IMG/VR virus record: IMGVR_UViG_3300037631_006477
Location: 1 to 28,220 of that record
Source: a virus
Taxonomy: Duplodnaviria > Caudoviricetes
DNA: 28,220 nt
Reading direction: 5' to 3' (one strand)
Positions within the stretch are counted from its first letter, which is position 1; the number at the start of each line of letters is the position of its first letter. The notes beneath the pieces are model-generated. The model ran no database searches. It was not told where the DNA came from and worked only from the letters and a program-made list of their open reading frames with translations. Below are positions 16,905 to 25,647 of the stretch, in pieces. The position numbers and the translations under genes are program-made.

Positions 16905-18646
16905 CTATTCTCCACATGGTTGAATATAACATGTAGCTTCTTCCATGTTAGGTTGAGGTATCTCTTTACAAGATGTTCCCATAGCTAACTCAGGAGCCCA
17001 ACTCCATGTATTCATAGATATATATCCAGAGTGATAAGGAAAACCATTTAAATCATAAGTTACTATTTCTGATAATTTTGTCCATCTACTAGTCTGTCTA
17101 TAAAATATTCCACTTCTACCTCTAGGTATAAAAGCTGAATAACTAAATGTAGTAGAACTAGTACTAGAATTTACAATTGTTTCGCTTATACTCTCGCTAT
17201 CTCCTGTAGTTACAACTTTACCACTTCCAATAGTTTCTGACATGTTCCACACTCTTGTACTACTATCTACACTACCCTGTGATATAGAACTAGAACTAGT
17301 TCCTGTCACTGCATATGAACCACTTAAAGAAGATGAACTTGTTATGTTTTGAGCTGTTCCGTATGATGCAGATTCATTCTTTGTACCTGCAGTTGAATAA
17401 ACCCTGCCGCTTGTTTGAGTATTATTAACAGCAGTACTTTCTGAATTTGTATTGCTTGCACTAACTCCAACAGTAGTTTCAACTTTTCCACTAGCTTTTG
17501 CAAGAAAAGGCAAAGATCCTTCTCCACTAACTCCAACAGATACAGAACCACTTCCTCCAATAGCTGTAGCATTACCATTTGTATTTGTAGTACCTTCAGA
17601 TGTTGATTCATTTAAACTCCAAGACCAATTTTCTCCATCAGTTGTAGAATAAGATGAATTAAAAGACTCTGAATCACTATAACTATTAGATTGACTTTCT
17701 GAATTAGTTTCTGAATTTGATAAAGAAGAAGAATTAACAACAGAATTTGTTTCACCTACTGATAAACCTTCAGTATTATTAATACTACTTGTCTCTGAAT
17801 TACTATCAGACCATGACTTACTAATTACTATATTTAAAGAATTTTGCCTTGTCTCTGAAGTAGACTCTGAATAACTAACATTGTTTCCAACAGATCCTAT
17901 AATACAACCTGTTACAGGTATAGGATCATAAACTTCAGCTAATTCATACTTTCCGTAATGCTTTATTTCCAAAGGTCTAACTACTCTAAAAGGCAAAGCA
18001 GTTTCCGCAAAATTACCTTCAACATCCTCAGCAACAATTCTAATAGAACCTATATAAGAAGATAAAGATTCTGGAACATTATCCACAATTATATTTTCTA
18101 AATAATCTTTATTAATTGGATTACTATATTCATGAACGTAAGTGTAAACATCGCTCAAAGTTGAAACGTAATATGTATACTTAACTGCTCTTATTCCTAA
18201 AACACTTACTGATAATTTGTTTGGTAATTTTTCAATAACGTTACCACTTAAAGAATTACAATCATTAGTACTGCATAAACTCTCTATAAAAACAGAATCA
18301 TTAATACTTACAGGATAAGTAAAAACAACAGAATTATTTGTATTTTTAAACACTAATTTAAACACATAATTTTTATTTAAATCAATATTGTTATTTAACA
18401 AAACTCTACTTATTCTAATAAAACCATTATTGTTTTGTATCCCATAATAATCAATAACTTCATCTTCTACAGAAGTTAAATAAGTTTCAACAGTCTCGTA
18501 TTTATTGTTTTTATCATAAGAAATAACTAGCTCTTCTCCAGACGTTATTTCTTTTTTTGATAACTTTGCATTTATATTTACTTCAAATTTATAATCATTA
18601 CAACTAAATAGAAAAATAAAAAATATTAAAAAAAAAATCTAATCAT
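16905..18646 (-). CDS. Lipoprotein with aerolysin/ETX-like beta-pore-forming domain; start codon out of frame at a T10 tract
   Basis: The reading frame is open from 18638 through the listed 18401 start. It encodes LIFFIFLFSC (lipobox), which ATG 18646 joins only with T8 or T11. Long Ser/Thr alternating strands surround a VSGEGSLPFLAKASGKV tip. Confidence 0.7.
18628..18637 (-). repeat. T10 homopolymer three codons after ATG 18646
   Basis: ATG ATT AGA T10 AA gives an immediate TAA stop. Confidence 0.85.
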
Positions 18647-18647
18647 A

Positions 18648-18965
18648 TTATTCGCTTTCATTTATTATCTTTTCCTCAAGAATCTCTCTTATCTCAAGTC
18701 TTAACTCTGATTGTGTAATATCGCTATTTAAACAAATATCTGCTATCTTAGAAGAAATATAATCAGAAACGTCTCCTAAATCTTTTTTAGCATTTGCTAT
18801 TTTATAATGACACCACTGAGGTAAATCATCTTCTGGCGATAAAGATTTATATAAACTCATTAAATCTTTTGCCATAGTCAATACGGCTCTTCTTACCATT
18901 TGACCTTCTCTAGAATCAGACTTATCATGTCCATAATCTAAATTAATTCCTTTTTTACTTCTCAT
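18648..18965 (-). CDS. Conserved phage helical protein, possibly head-associated
   Basis: EGQM...DDLPQWCHYKI...VSDYI motif; C-terminal EILEEKIINE; AAGGA RBS. Confidence 0.7.
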   Translation of the reverse strand: MRSKKGINLDYGHDKSDSREGQMVRRAVLTMAKDLMSLYKSLSPEDDLPQWCHYKIANAKKDLGDVSDYISSKIADICLNSDITQSELRLEIREILEEKIINESE

Positions 18966-18982
18966 TTTAAATCCTTTTCTTT

Positions 18983-20314
18983 CTATGAATAAAAATTATT
19001 TATAATACTTGAATATTCTTTCCAACTTTTATAAATTTTATTTTTAATTACGAGACAAAAAAAATAATAAAAATTTCTTTTACTTAAACTTTTTAATTTT
19101 TCTTTGCCAGTCATTTTAGATTTTTGACTTCTATTAGCATTGATACTAGACAAAATTGAGCTAAGAAAAGAAGAGTATCCTTTGCCTGCTTTGGTCTTTG
19201 TATCATTTAATTCTACAATAATATCTACATGTTCATTATAAAATTCAATTAAAGGTATAAAAGCTGCATAGTCTCCATAAGTTATATTATAAGTATCATC
19301 ATCTAAATCTAATCCTGTTTGAGTATCTCTACTTAAATCTAAATCAAAATCAAAAACTTGTTTCATTATATCTTTTAAATTTTTAAAAAACTGTTTTTTA
19401 TAAAAAGTGCTAGCAAAATACTTGTTTATTAAACTACTATCATGTATTAAATAGATTAAATATAACGCATATTGATCTAAAGAAGTATAATCTTCTTCGA
19501 AAATATCTTTAATTCTAGATTCGATACTTCCTTCAGTTACTTCATAATCTTCACATTCCTTCTCAAATGCATCAATAATTTCATTTTCAGAACTAAACTG
19601 ATTTTTAAGTGTCCCTTTGTTGTTAATAAGCCATTTTAAACTATCACCTTCAGACTCTGTTAAAAAATTATTTTTAATTTTAATACTAAAGTTATTATTT
19701 AAATCTTGTATTTTTTTTGATCTACTTTTTTTGTTTAATTTGCCAAATAAACCTGCTTTTTGAGTATTTTTACCATATAAGTATTTAGATATATTAAATA
19801 ACTTTTCTATTGAATTATTAATTGGTAATATGTATTTGTTTTCTAAATAAGTTTTAATTTTTTGCTTATTTTTAGTATTTAATATTTGTATATCTTCTTC
19901 GCTAGCAATTTGTTTAAAAATATCTTCGTGTTTTTTGCCAAAAAAAAGTTTAGGCTTGTTATACTTTTTAGTATTTTTTTTTAAAGAAAGAGAATCTTTT
20001 AAAAAATTACTTAATTCGTTGTCTTGTTTTAATAATTCTTTTGAAAAATAGCTTGAATCTATGTTATCTAAAAAACCGAAAACGCTTTCATTAATTTTTT
20101 TATTGTTATCTTTAACAACTAATTCATAAAAATTCTTATTTATACAAGAATTGCACCACTTGTGAACAAATTTAGCTTCTTCTAATCTTAAGCCATATTT
20201 ACTAATAAGTTCTGAAATTGTTATTTTACAAAGTATTTCGCATTCTTCATCTAGTAAATTGCCTTTTATTAAAGCTTTCGCTATTAATATTTCAATCTTC
20301 TCTTGTTTTTTCAT
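18983..20314 (-). CDS. Large hypothetical protein (start probably MKKQEKIE at 20314)
   Basis: Long ORF; AGGAG RBS before 20314; INE|S and LTE|S sites. Confidence 0.7.
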   Translation of the reverse strand: MKKQEKIEILIAKALIKGNLLDEECEILCKITISELISKYGLRLEEAKFVHKWCNSCINKNFYELVVKDNNKKINESVFGFLDNIDSSYFSKELLKQDNELSNFLKDSLSLKKNTKKYNKPKLFFGKKHEDIFKQIASEEDIQILNTKNKQKIKTYLENKYILPINNSIEKLFNISKYLYGKNTQKAGLFGKLNKKSRSKKIQDLNNNFSIKIKNNFLTESEGDSLKWLINNKGTLKNQFSSENEIIDAFEKECEDYEVTEGSIESRIKDIFEEDYTSLDQYALYLIYLIHDSSLINKYFASTFYKKQFFKNLKDIMKQVFDFDLDLSRDTQTGLDLDDDTYNITYGDYAAFIPLIEFYNEHVDIIVELNDTKTKAGKGYSSFLSSILSSINANRSQKSKMTGKEKLKSLSKRNFYYFFCLVIKNKIYKSWKEYSSIINNFYS

Positions 20315-20456
20315 AATAATCGCTCCTTGATTCATAATTATCTTTTTCTTCTGGATTATTATTTGATTTTTCTATCTTTTCAATCTTTCTTTTTTTTTTA
20401 TATATTCTTTTTATTTGCTCAATAGGAAACAAACCAAACCAATTAGTTATTTTCAT
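20292..20456 (-). CDS. Small hypothetical protein, 54 aa (MKITNWFGLFPIEQIKR...YYEKTRED)
   Basis: Hand-translated; fills the gap, overlapping both neighbours. Confidence 0.55.
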   Translation of the reverse strand: MKITNWFGLFPIEQIKRIYKKKRKIEKIEKSNNNPEEKDNYESRSDYYEKTRED

Positions 20457-20733
20457 TTTCTTGTTTTTTCTTTTTTTTACTTCTTCTTTTTTTAGTAATT
20501 TTTTCTTCTACTTTTTCTTCTACTTTTTCTTCTACTTTTTTTTCTACTTTTGTTAATTCTAAAAACTTAGATTTAACTTTTTCATAATACTCAAAGTTAG
20601 GACTGTCAACATTTCTTTTTAGAAAATATTCTTTAAATTGTTCGTATGTTAATTCATTATTATTATAAAACAAAGTTAAAGGATTAAATTTTTTTCTATT
20701 TCTAAATAGTTCATATGAAATATTATTATACAT
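20443..20733 (-). CDS. Hypothetical protein with KVEE repeats and basic tail
   Basis: ORF in operon; low-complexity C-terminus. Confidence 0.7.
   Translation of the reverse strand: MYNNISYELFRNRKKFNPLTLFYNNNELTYEQFKEYFLKRNVDSPNFEYYEKVKSKFLELTKVEKKVEEKVEEKVEEKITKKRRSKKKKKQENENN
20500..20550 (-). repeat. 12-bp tandem repeat AAAGTAGAAGAA, about 4 copies (KVEE)
   Basis: Directly visible, in frame. Confidence 0.8.
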
Positions 20734-20736
20734 ATT

Positions 20737-20991
20737 TTAGCTTTCTCTTTTCATTATTTCGACAATAGACTCTTGAAAATCTACTCTTTGAGCAATTAAT
20801 TTTGCTTCTTCATAAGAACAAGGAACTTCATATTCTCTAGATATGTTTCTTATAATCTTAATAAACCCGTTTGTAACATAATTTCTAACTGAAGAGTGAT
20901 TCATTTTATAACCATCCCTTGTCATAATTTCAGCTACTTCACTATAAGTTTTACCAGTAAACATCTTTGGGGTAACATATTTTCTATTCAT
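20737..20991 (-). CDS. HTH protein resembling sigma70 region 4.2
   Basis: KTYSEVAEIM...MNHSSVRNYVTNGFIKI aligns with TLEEVG...VTRERIRQIEAKALRKL. Confidence 0.7.
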   Translation of the reverse strand: MNRKYVTPKMFTGKTYSEVAEIMTRDGYKMNHSSVRNYVTNGFIKIIRNISREYEVPCSYEEAKLIAQRVDFQESIVEIMKRES

Positions 20992-20994
20992 AAT

Positions 20995-21753
20995 TTAATC
21001 TTTCTCTAAAAGATATTTTTTCATATCATTAGTGACTGGAAATTCTTCAGGATTAGATTCTTGTATTCCAAATCTAAGTCTAATAACTTTTTCTTCTTTA
21101 GGCGTAAGTAATTTTAAACTATTTTTTATAATAGAAATTAATTCGTTATTTCTAACAAAATCTTCAGGATTTATAAAAGTACTATTATCAACAACTCTTT
21201 CTGAGATATATTCATTTACTGTTTTTCCACTTTTAGTTTCAGCTTCAAGAGAAATTAAAGATTTGTTACACTTTAAAGTATACTTTATTTTTTTAATAGG
21301 TATTTCAAGTTCTTTTGATATGTCTTTATATGTAGGATTTCTACCTTTTTCTTTTTTAAACTTTTTGACACAAAAATTAATTTTAGAAAATAATATTCTA
21401 GAGTGAGTTGGTACTTTTATATTTGTTTCATTTTCGTTTAAAAAAGAAAGAGCAGCTTGTTTAATCCAAGAAGAAGCGTAAGTACTAAATTTATAACCAA
21501 GTTCAGGATCAAATTTGTCAACAGCTTTTAATAATCCTGCTGTGCTTTCTTGCACTAAGTCTTCAAAATCATGATTTTTTCTATGATATTTTTTTGCTAT
21601 AGATATTACAAGTCTGTAGTTTGATTCTATCAATTTTTTTCTTGCATTTAAGTCCCCTTTTTTTGCAAGCCTTGAAAGTCTAACTTCTTCTTCGTAAGAA
21701 AGAAGAGGGTTATTCTTTATTGTTTGATTAAATGAATTAGATACTGTTGACAT
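20995..21753 (-). CDS. RNA polymerase sigma70-family factor (RpoD/RpoS-like) lacking the region 4.2 HTH
   Basis: PLLSYEEE, LIESNYRLVISIAKKY, DLVQE, KFDPELGYKFSTYASSWIKQA, IKVP, GRNPT, LTPKEEKVIRLRFGI then ends after 22 aa. Confidence 0.92.
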   Translation of the reverse strand: MSTVSNSFNQTIKNNPLLSYEEEVRLSRLAKKGDLNARKKLIESNYRLVISIAKKYHRKNHDFEDLVQESTAGLLKAVDKFDPELGYKFSTYASSWIKQAALSFLNENETNIKVPTHSRILFSKINFCVKKFKKEKGRNPTYKDISKELEIPIKKIKYTLKCNKSLISLEAETKSGKTVNEYISERVVDNSTFINPEDFVRNNELISIIKNSLKLLTPKEEKVIRLRFGIQESNPEEFPVTNDMKKYLLEKD

Positions 21754-21771
21754 ATTATTCCTTTTTCATGG

Positions 21772-21801
21772 ATTATAATTATAAGTCAATAATAATTACA
21801 C
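21772..21801 (-). promoter_or_regulatory. Putative phage promoter GTGTAA-N18-TATAAT
   Basis: Recurring motif upstream of the sigma gene, overlapping the end of the small upstream ORF. Confidence 0.65.
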
Positions 21802-21928
21802 GTCTAGGCTCTGGTTTGTCTTCTTTTTTAATTTCATAATAATCAGAATCAGGTATTTCAAGATAAAGAGAAGGTCTTTCTTCTTCTTCTTCTAAGTCAA
21901 TAAAAATATCATCTTCTAAAATACTCAT
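21779..21928 (-). CDS. Small acidic hypothetical protein, 49 aa (MSILEDDIFIDLEEEEERPSLYLEIP...RRVIIIDL)
   Basis: Hand-translated; AGGAG RBS. Confidence 0.7.
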   Translation of the reverse strand: MSILEDDIFIDLEEEEERPSLYLEIPDSDYYEIKKEDKPEPRRVIIIDL

Positions 21929-21951
21929 TTTTTTCTCCTAACGTTTGTATA

Positions 21952-23595
21952 TTAATACATATCATCTGATAATTGTACTAATTGAACATCGTTAGGAGAA
22001 TATTGATTATTATCCAAAACTGTACAGCCAACAGACAATAAACTGTTTGCAACACTTACTGCATTTTTAATAGCTGTTGTTGTAACTTTAAGAGGATCAA
22101 TAATACCTTTATTAATCATGTTTACATATTCTTCTTCTCTTACGTCATAACCATAATTAAAATCAAAAGATTCCCTTTTTATCATTTCAATAATAAAATC
22201 TGCTGATAAATCAGCATTTTGCAATATTTGTTTTAAAGGAGAAATACAAGCGTCAGAAATAATTCTTGTAACAGTATTAGTTAAAAGGTCTGAATTTTCA
22301 TTTTCTTTATTGTTTTCTAAAAGAACTATTCCAGCTTTAGCTAAAGCAATTCCACCACCTGGCAAAAATCCACTTTCTATAGCAGCTTTTGTTGCGTGTA
22401 ATGCATCATCAATTCTATCTACTAGTTCCAATAATTCAGACTCAGTATTCGCGCCAATAGAAAGAACAGCAACAACTCCTTTGTTTATTACTAATCTTTG
22501 CTTTAGAAAAGCTTCTTCTTCCTTTGATATATTTTTATCTTCTAACTTTTTTTGTATTGTATTAGCAACTTCTTTAGAATCAATTGCTTTACATTCAACA
22601 AATAAAGTTTTTTCTCTATTAGTTTCTATCTTTTTACAAGAACCTAAATCAGATAAAACTACATCATTCATTTCTTTTTCTTCTAAAGACTTAAATACTT
22701 TTGTATCTAAAGACTTAGCTAAATCTTCTAATATGACTGCTCTTTTTTCCCCATAAAAAGGAGACCTAATCGCACAAATTTCTAATAATCCTTTTGATAC
22801 GTTAGCAATTAAAGCTTGAATAGCTTCTTGATCGTAATCATTAGCAATAATAAATAAAGGCTTCTTAGACTGATGTGCTTTTTCCAAAACAGGTAATATT
22901 TCAGATAAAGATTTTAATTTACAAGAAAGAATCAATACTAAAGGATCTTCTAATAAAGTTCTTGATTTTTCCATATCATTAACAAAATAAGGAGAAATAT
23001 ATCCTCTATCTAAACTAATTCCTCTAACTAAGTTTAAATCAGTACTAGTAGTTTTACTTTTTTCAACAGTAACTAAACCACTTGTTCCAACTTCTTTCAT
23101 AGCATTAGAAATTAAATCTGCAATATATTCATCGCCGTTAGCGCTAATTGCTGCAACTTGTTTTACTTCTTCGTTAGATGATACTTTAATAGATTTAGTT
23201 TTTAAAAAATCAATAATCTCATTTACTTTTGTATTTAAAATACCTGTAAATTCTGAAGGAGAACCTACTCCTGTTTGCAATGCCTGTGAAGCTTTAAAGT
23301 AAATTTCTTTAGCCAAAACAGTAGATGTAGTACTTCCATCGCCTGCAACAGAAGCTGTATTTTCAGAAGCTTGCTTTAATAAGTTAGCCCCTAAAGCTTC
23401 TACTCTATTAGTCAAGTTTATATGCTTAGCAACAGTTGCTCCATCTTTAGTTAAGTGAGGAGGTTCATTATGTTTTTCAATAAGAACCAACTTACCTTTT
23501 GGACCCATAGTAATAGCAACTGCATTACATAGTTTATATACACCTGTCTTTAAAAGATTTTGTGCTTCATGATCAAAGTAAATAGAATCTGACAT
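21952..23595 (-). CDS. groEL: Phage GroEL-like chaperonin
   Basis: TMGPKG, TKDGATVA, AGDGSTT, DRGYISPYF, RIDDALHATKAA, PGGG, GIIDPLKV. Confidence 0.95.
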   Translation of the reverse strand: MSDSIYFDHEAQNLLKTGVYKLCNAVAITMGPKGKLVLIEKHNEPPHLTKDGATVAKHINLTNRVEALGANLLKQASENTASVAGDGSTTSTVLAKEIYFKASQALQTGVGSPSEFTGILNTKVNEIIDFLKTKSIKVSSNEEVKQVAAISANGDEYIADLISNAMKEVGTSGLVTVEKSKTTSTDLNLVRGISLDRGYISPYFVNDMEKSRTLLEDPLVLILSCKLKSLSEILPVLEKAHQSKKPLFIIANDYDQEAIQALIANVSKGLLEICAIRSPFYGEKRAVILEDLAKSLDTKVFKSLEEKEMNDVVLSDLGSCKKIETNREKTLFVECKAIDSKEVANTIQKKLEDKNISKEEEAFLKQRLVINKGVVAVLSIGANTESELLELVDRIDDALHATKAAIESGFLPGGGIALAKAGIVLLENNKENENSDLLTNTVTRIISDACISPLKQILQNADLSADFIIEMIKRESFDFNYGYDVREEEYVNMINKGIIDPLKVTTTAIKNAVSVANSLLSVGCTVLDNNQYSPNDVQLVQLSDDMY

Positions 23596-23597
23596 TA

Positions 23598-23804
23598 TTA
23601 TCCTTTTAGCAATTGTTGCTTTGATTTTGTTTCGTTGATAGAAGATGTATTAACATTAACATTAATAAGCCTTTTTTCGTTTGTAAGTACATTTTTTGCG
23701 TAAAACAGATCACCTGATTGTATAGCTACTTCTTGTGATGAGATTACATTGTTTTCTCTTAATTGTTGTAAAGTATTGTTATCTAAAATTTGTTCAACTG
23801 ACAT
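23598..23804 (-). CDS. Hypothetical protein
   Basis: GGAG RBS; operon position; ends INETKSKQQLLKG. Confidence 0.7.
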   Translation of the reverse strand: MSVEQILDNNTLQQLRENNVISSQEVAIQSGDLFYAKNVLTNEKRLINVNVNTSSINETKSKQQLLKG

Positions 23805-24618
23805 TTAAATTCTCCCATAAATTTTTAAAAGTATTTGTATATTTACTCCAAGTAGAATCTTTTGAGACCATAGAATTAAAATCATATTTTTCAAATACTT
23901 CCTTTAATTCATTCCACTTAGGTTTTTCTATTGTATTATAAAATTTTATATTATTAGCTTCTTCATGTAAATTATGAAGTGTTATCATTTCTATATTATG
24001 ACTAAGTTTTTCTTTGTTTTCTTCGTTTAATAAAAACTTATCAAGGTCTGATTTGTTTTCACATAACTTTTGAGCTTTTTTGTTTCCTATTCCTTTAAAT
24101 CCTGTAATATTATCACTATCGTCACCTTTTAAAGATTTCCATAAAACATAGTCGTAAGAAGGTTTATCTATATACTGTTTTCTAACGGGATTATATAATT
24201 TAACTTTATCTGAAATGCATTGAATAAAATCAGTGTCAGAAGATATTATTGTTACTTCGTTGTTTAAGTTTTGATTTTTTTTAGCTAAGTGGCCAATAAT
24301 ATCATCACATTCGTAATCTTCGTGTTTTACTAGAGTTATAGGAAAGTAAGAATGAAGAATATTAACAATTTCTTTTCTTTGACTTCTGAAATTATCATCA
24401 TCGTTATATTTTCTTTGACCTTTATAATCAGGTGACATAGCTAATCTTTTCTTTGGCATGCCTTCCAAAACAAGATAAGAAATATCAGGGTTCATTTTTT
24501 CTATTAAAGGTCTAAGTCCTCTAAAAAAATTAAATATAGTAGAATAGTCACCTTTATTCATACCACTATATCTTGCCCTATAAAATAAATTATATCCGTC
24601 TAGTAATAATACTTTCAT
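23794..24618 (-). CDS. 5'-3' exonuclease / flap endonuclease (T4 RNase H / PolA 5' nuclease family)
   Basis: LLLDGYN, YKGQR, ECDDII, ISSDTDF, GDDSDNITG.KGIG.K.A (H3TH). Confidence 0.92.
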   Translation of the reverse strand: MKVLLLDGYNLFYRARYSGMNKGDYSTIFNFFRGLRPLIEKMNPDISYLVLEGMPKKRLAMSPDYKGQRKYNDDDNFRSQRKEIVNILHSYFPITLVKHEDYECDDIIGHLAKKNQNLNNEVTIISSDTDFIQCISDKVKLYNPVRKQYIDKPSYDYVLWKSLKGDDSDNITGFKGIGNKKAQKLCENKSDLDKFLLNEENKEKLSHNIEMITLHNLHEEANNIKFYNTIEKPKWNELKEVFEKYDFNSMVSKDSTWSKYTNTFKNLWENLNVS

Positions 24619-25034
24619 GTTTTTTTTTCATCCAATTCTAAATTGTTTAAGCTTTTTGCATCAATATTTGCTACTTTGCCATTACCTAAATCAATTTTAA
24701 TATTATTTGAATTATTATTACACTCAATATTTTCTTCTAAATTTTCTTCTTTTGGAAAAAATACGTTCTCAAACTCTTCAGCTTCTTTTACTACAGAATT
24801 TATTGCTTTATTTGCATTTTCTATCATGACTTTTTTAACTTCTGATAGCGATGTATAAACGTTTTTTAACTTTGAAATACTTATTTTTTGATTCTTTTTG
24901 TTGGGTAGTAAGCCTTTATATTTTATAGTTTCGCCTTCTAGATTCTTTATAGAAACTTCTTCTACTACCTTGATAGGAATAACTGAATGGTTTTCTTCCA
25001 TTATTACATATACTACTTGACCAACTTTATACAT
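24615..25034 (-). CDS. Hypothetical protein
   Basis: ORF in operon, ATGA overlap with the exonuclease; MYKVGQVVY start. Confidence 0.7.
   Translation of the reverse strand: MYKVGQVVYVIMEENHSVIPIKVVEEVSIKNLEGETIKYKGLLPNKKNQKISISKLKNVYTSLSEVKKVMIENANKAINSVVKEAEEFENVFFPKEENLEENIECNNNSNNIKIDLGNGKVANIDAKSLNNLELDEKKT
24694..24723 (-). promoter_or_regulatory. Putative intragenic promoter GTGTAA-N18-TAAAAT for the exonuclease gene
   Basis: Recurring motif about 76 nt upstream of the exonuclease start. Confidence 0.45.
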
Positions 25035-25037
25035 GTA

Positions 25038-25376
25038 TTACTCTTCTAACTTTTTTATATTGTTTTTTACATTATCAATTATTTTTTTTCCTGATTCTTC
25101 TGCTAATTTGAGTTCTTCAAGTCCCAAGCAAACTCTAACTTTATTAAAAGTTTCTAAATCTAATTCTTGTTTTAAAAGAGTCATGTTTGCGTAAGAATGT
25201 AAAATAATTTCTTTTTCTACTTCTTCTTCTTCTAAATCTTTCAAATCTCTAGACTCATATAAAAAAATCATTCCCGGCATAGATTTTTCTCTAGGTACAT
25301 TAACAAAAGGAAGACCTCTAGTCAAACCTTCAGAGTTTTCTTCATATAAAATTTCTGGAATCCACTTATTACTCAT
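25038..25376 (-). CDS. Hypothetical protein
   Basis: ORF tightly packed in operon. Confidence 0.7.
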   Translation of the reverse strand: MSNKWIPEILYEENSEGLTRGLPFVNVPREKSMPGMIFLYESRDLKDLEEEEVEKEIILHSYANMTLLKQELDLETFNKVRVCLGLEELKLAEESGKKIIDNVKNNIKKLEE

Positions 25377-25377
25377 A

Positions 25378-25647
25378 CTATTCCTTATGTTTGTATTCTT
25401 CGTATAATTTAAGCTTAATACCTATAACATTAAAGTAATCTTTAATTAAACTTTTTTCTGTATCATTTAATGTATGCTTTTTACTGACAGGATTTCTAGT
25501 ACTTAATATTTTTCTTACACTTGGGTGAGAATATCTTATTATATATTTTTTTACAAAAATCCAATTGTCTTCTTTATAAAACTCACCAATTTCAAGCATT
25601 AAATCTAAAGCTTTCGTATATTTTTCTTCTTCAGTTATTGAAATCAT
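25378..25647 (-). CDS. Hypothetical protein
   Basis: TAATG coupling. Confidence 0.7.
   Translation of the reverse strand: MISITEEEKYTKALDLMLEIGEFYKEDNWIFVKKYIIRYSHPSVRKILSTRNPVSKKHTLNDTEKSLIKDYFNVIGIKLKLYEEYKHKE

Noticed and set aside
16902-16907. In-frame TAG-AAT-ATG junction suggesting readthrough fusion of the lipoprotein to the next gene
   Set aside because: 3-nt spacers are common in this window, and the two proteins appear unrelated in localisation.
17342-17611. 89-aa same-strand alternative-frame ORF inside the hairpin region
   Set aside because: The L/Q/V-rich translation is what Ser/Thr/Gly codons give when shifted; no RBS. An overprinted gene is not excluded but is unsupported.
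20500-20550. Tandem repeat as CRISPR or regulatory array
   Set aside because: No spacers; simply encodes a KVEE low-complexity linker.
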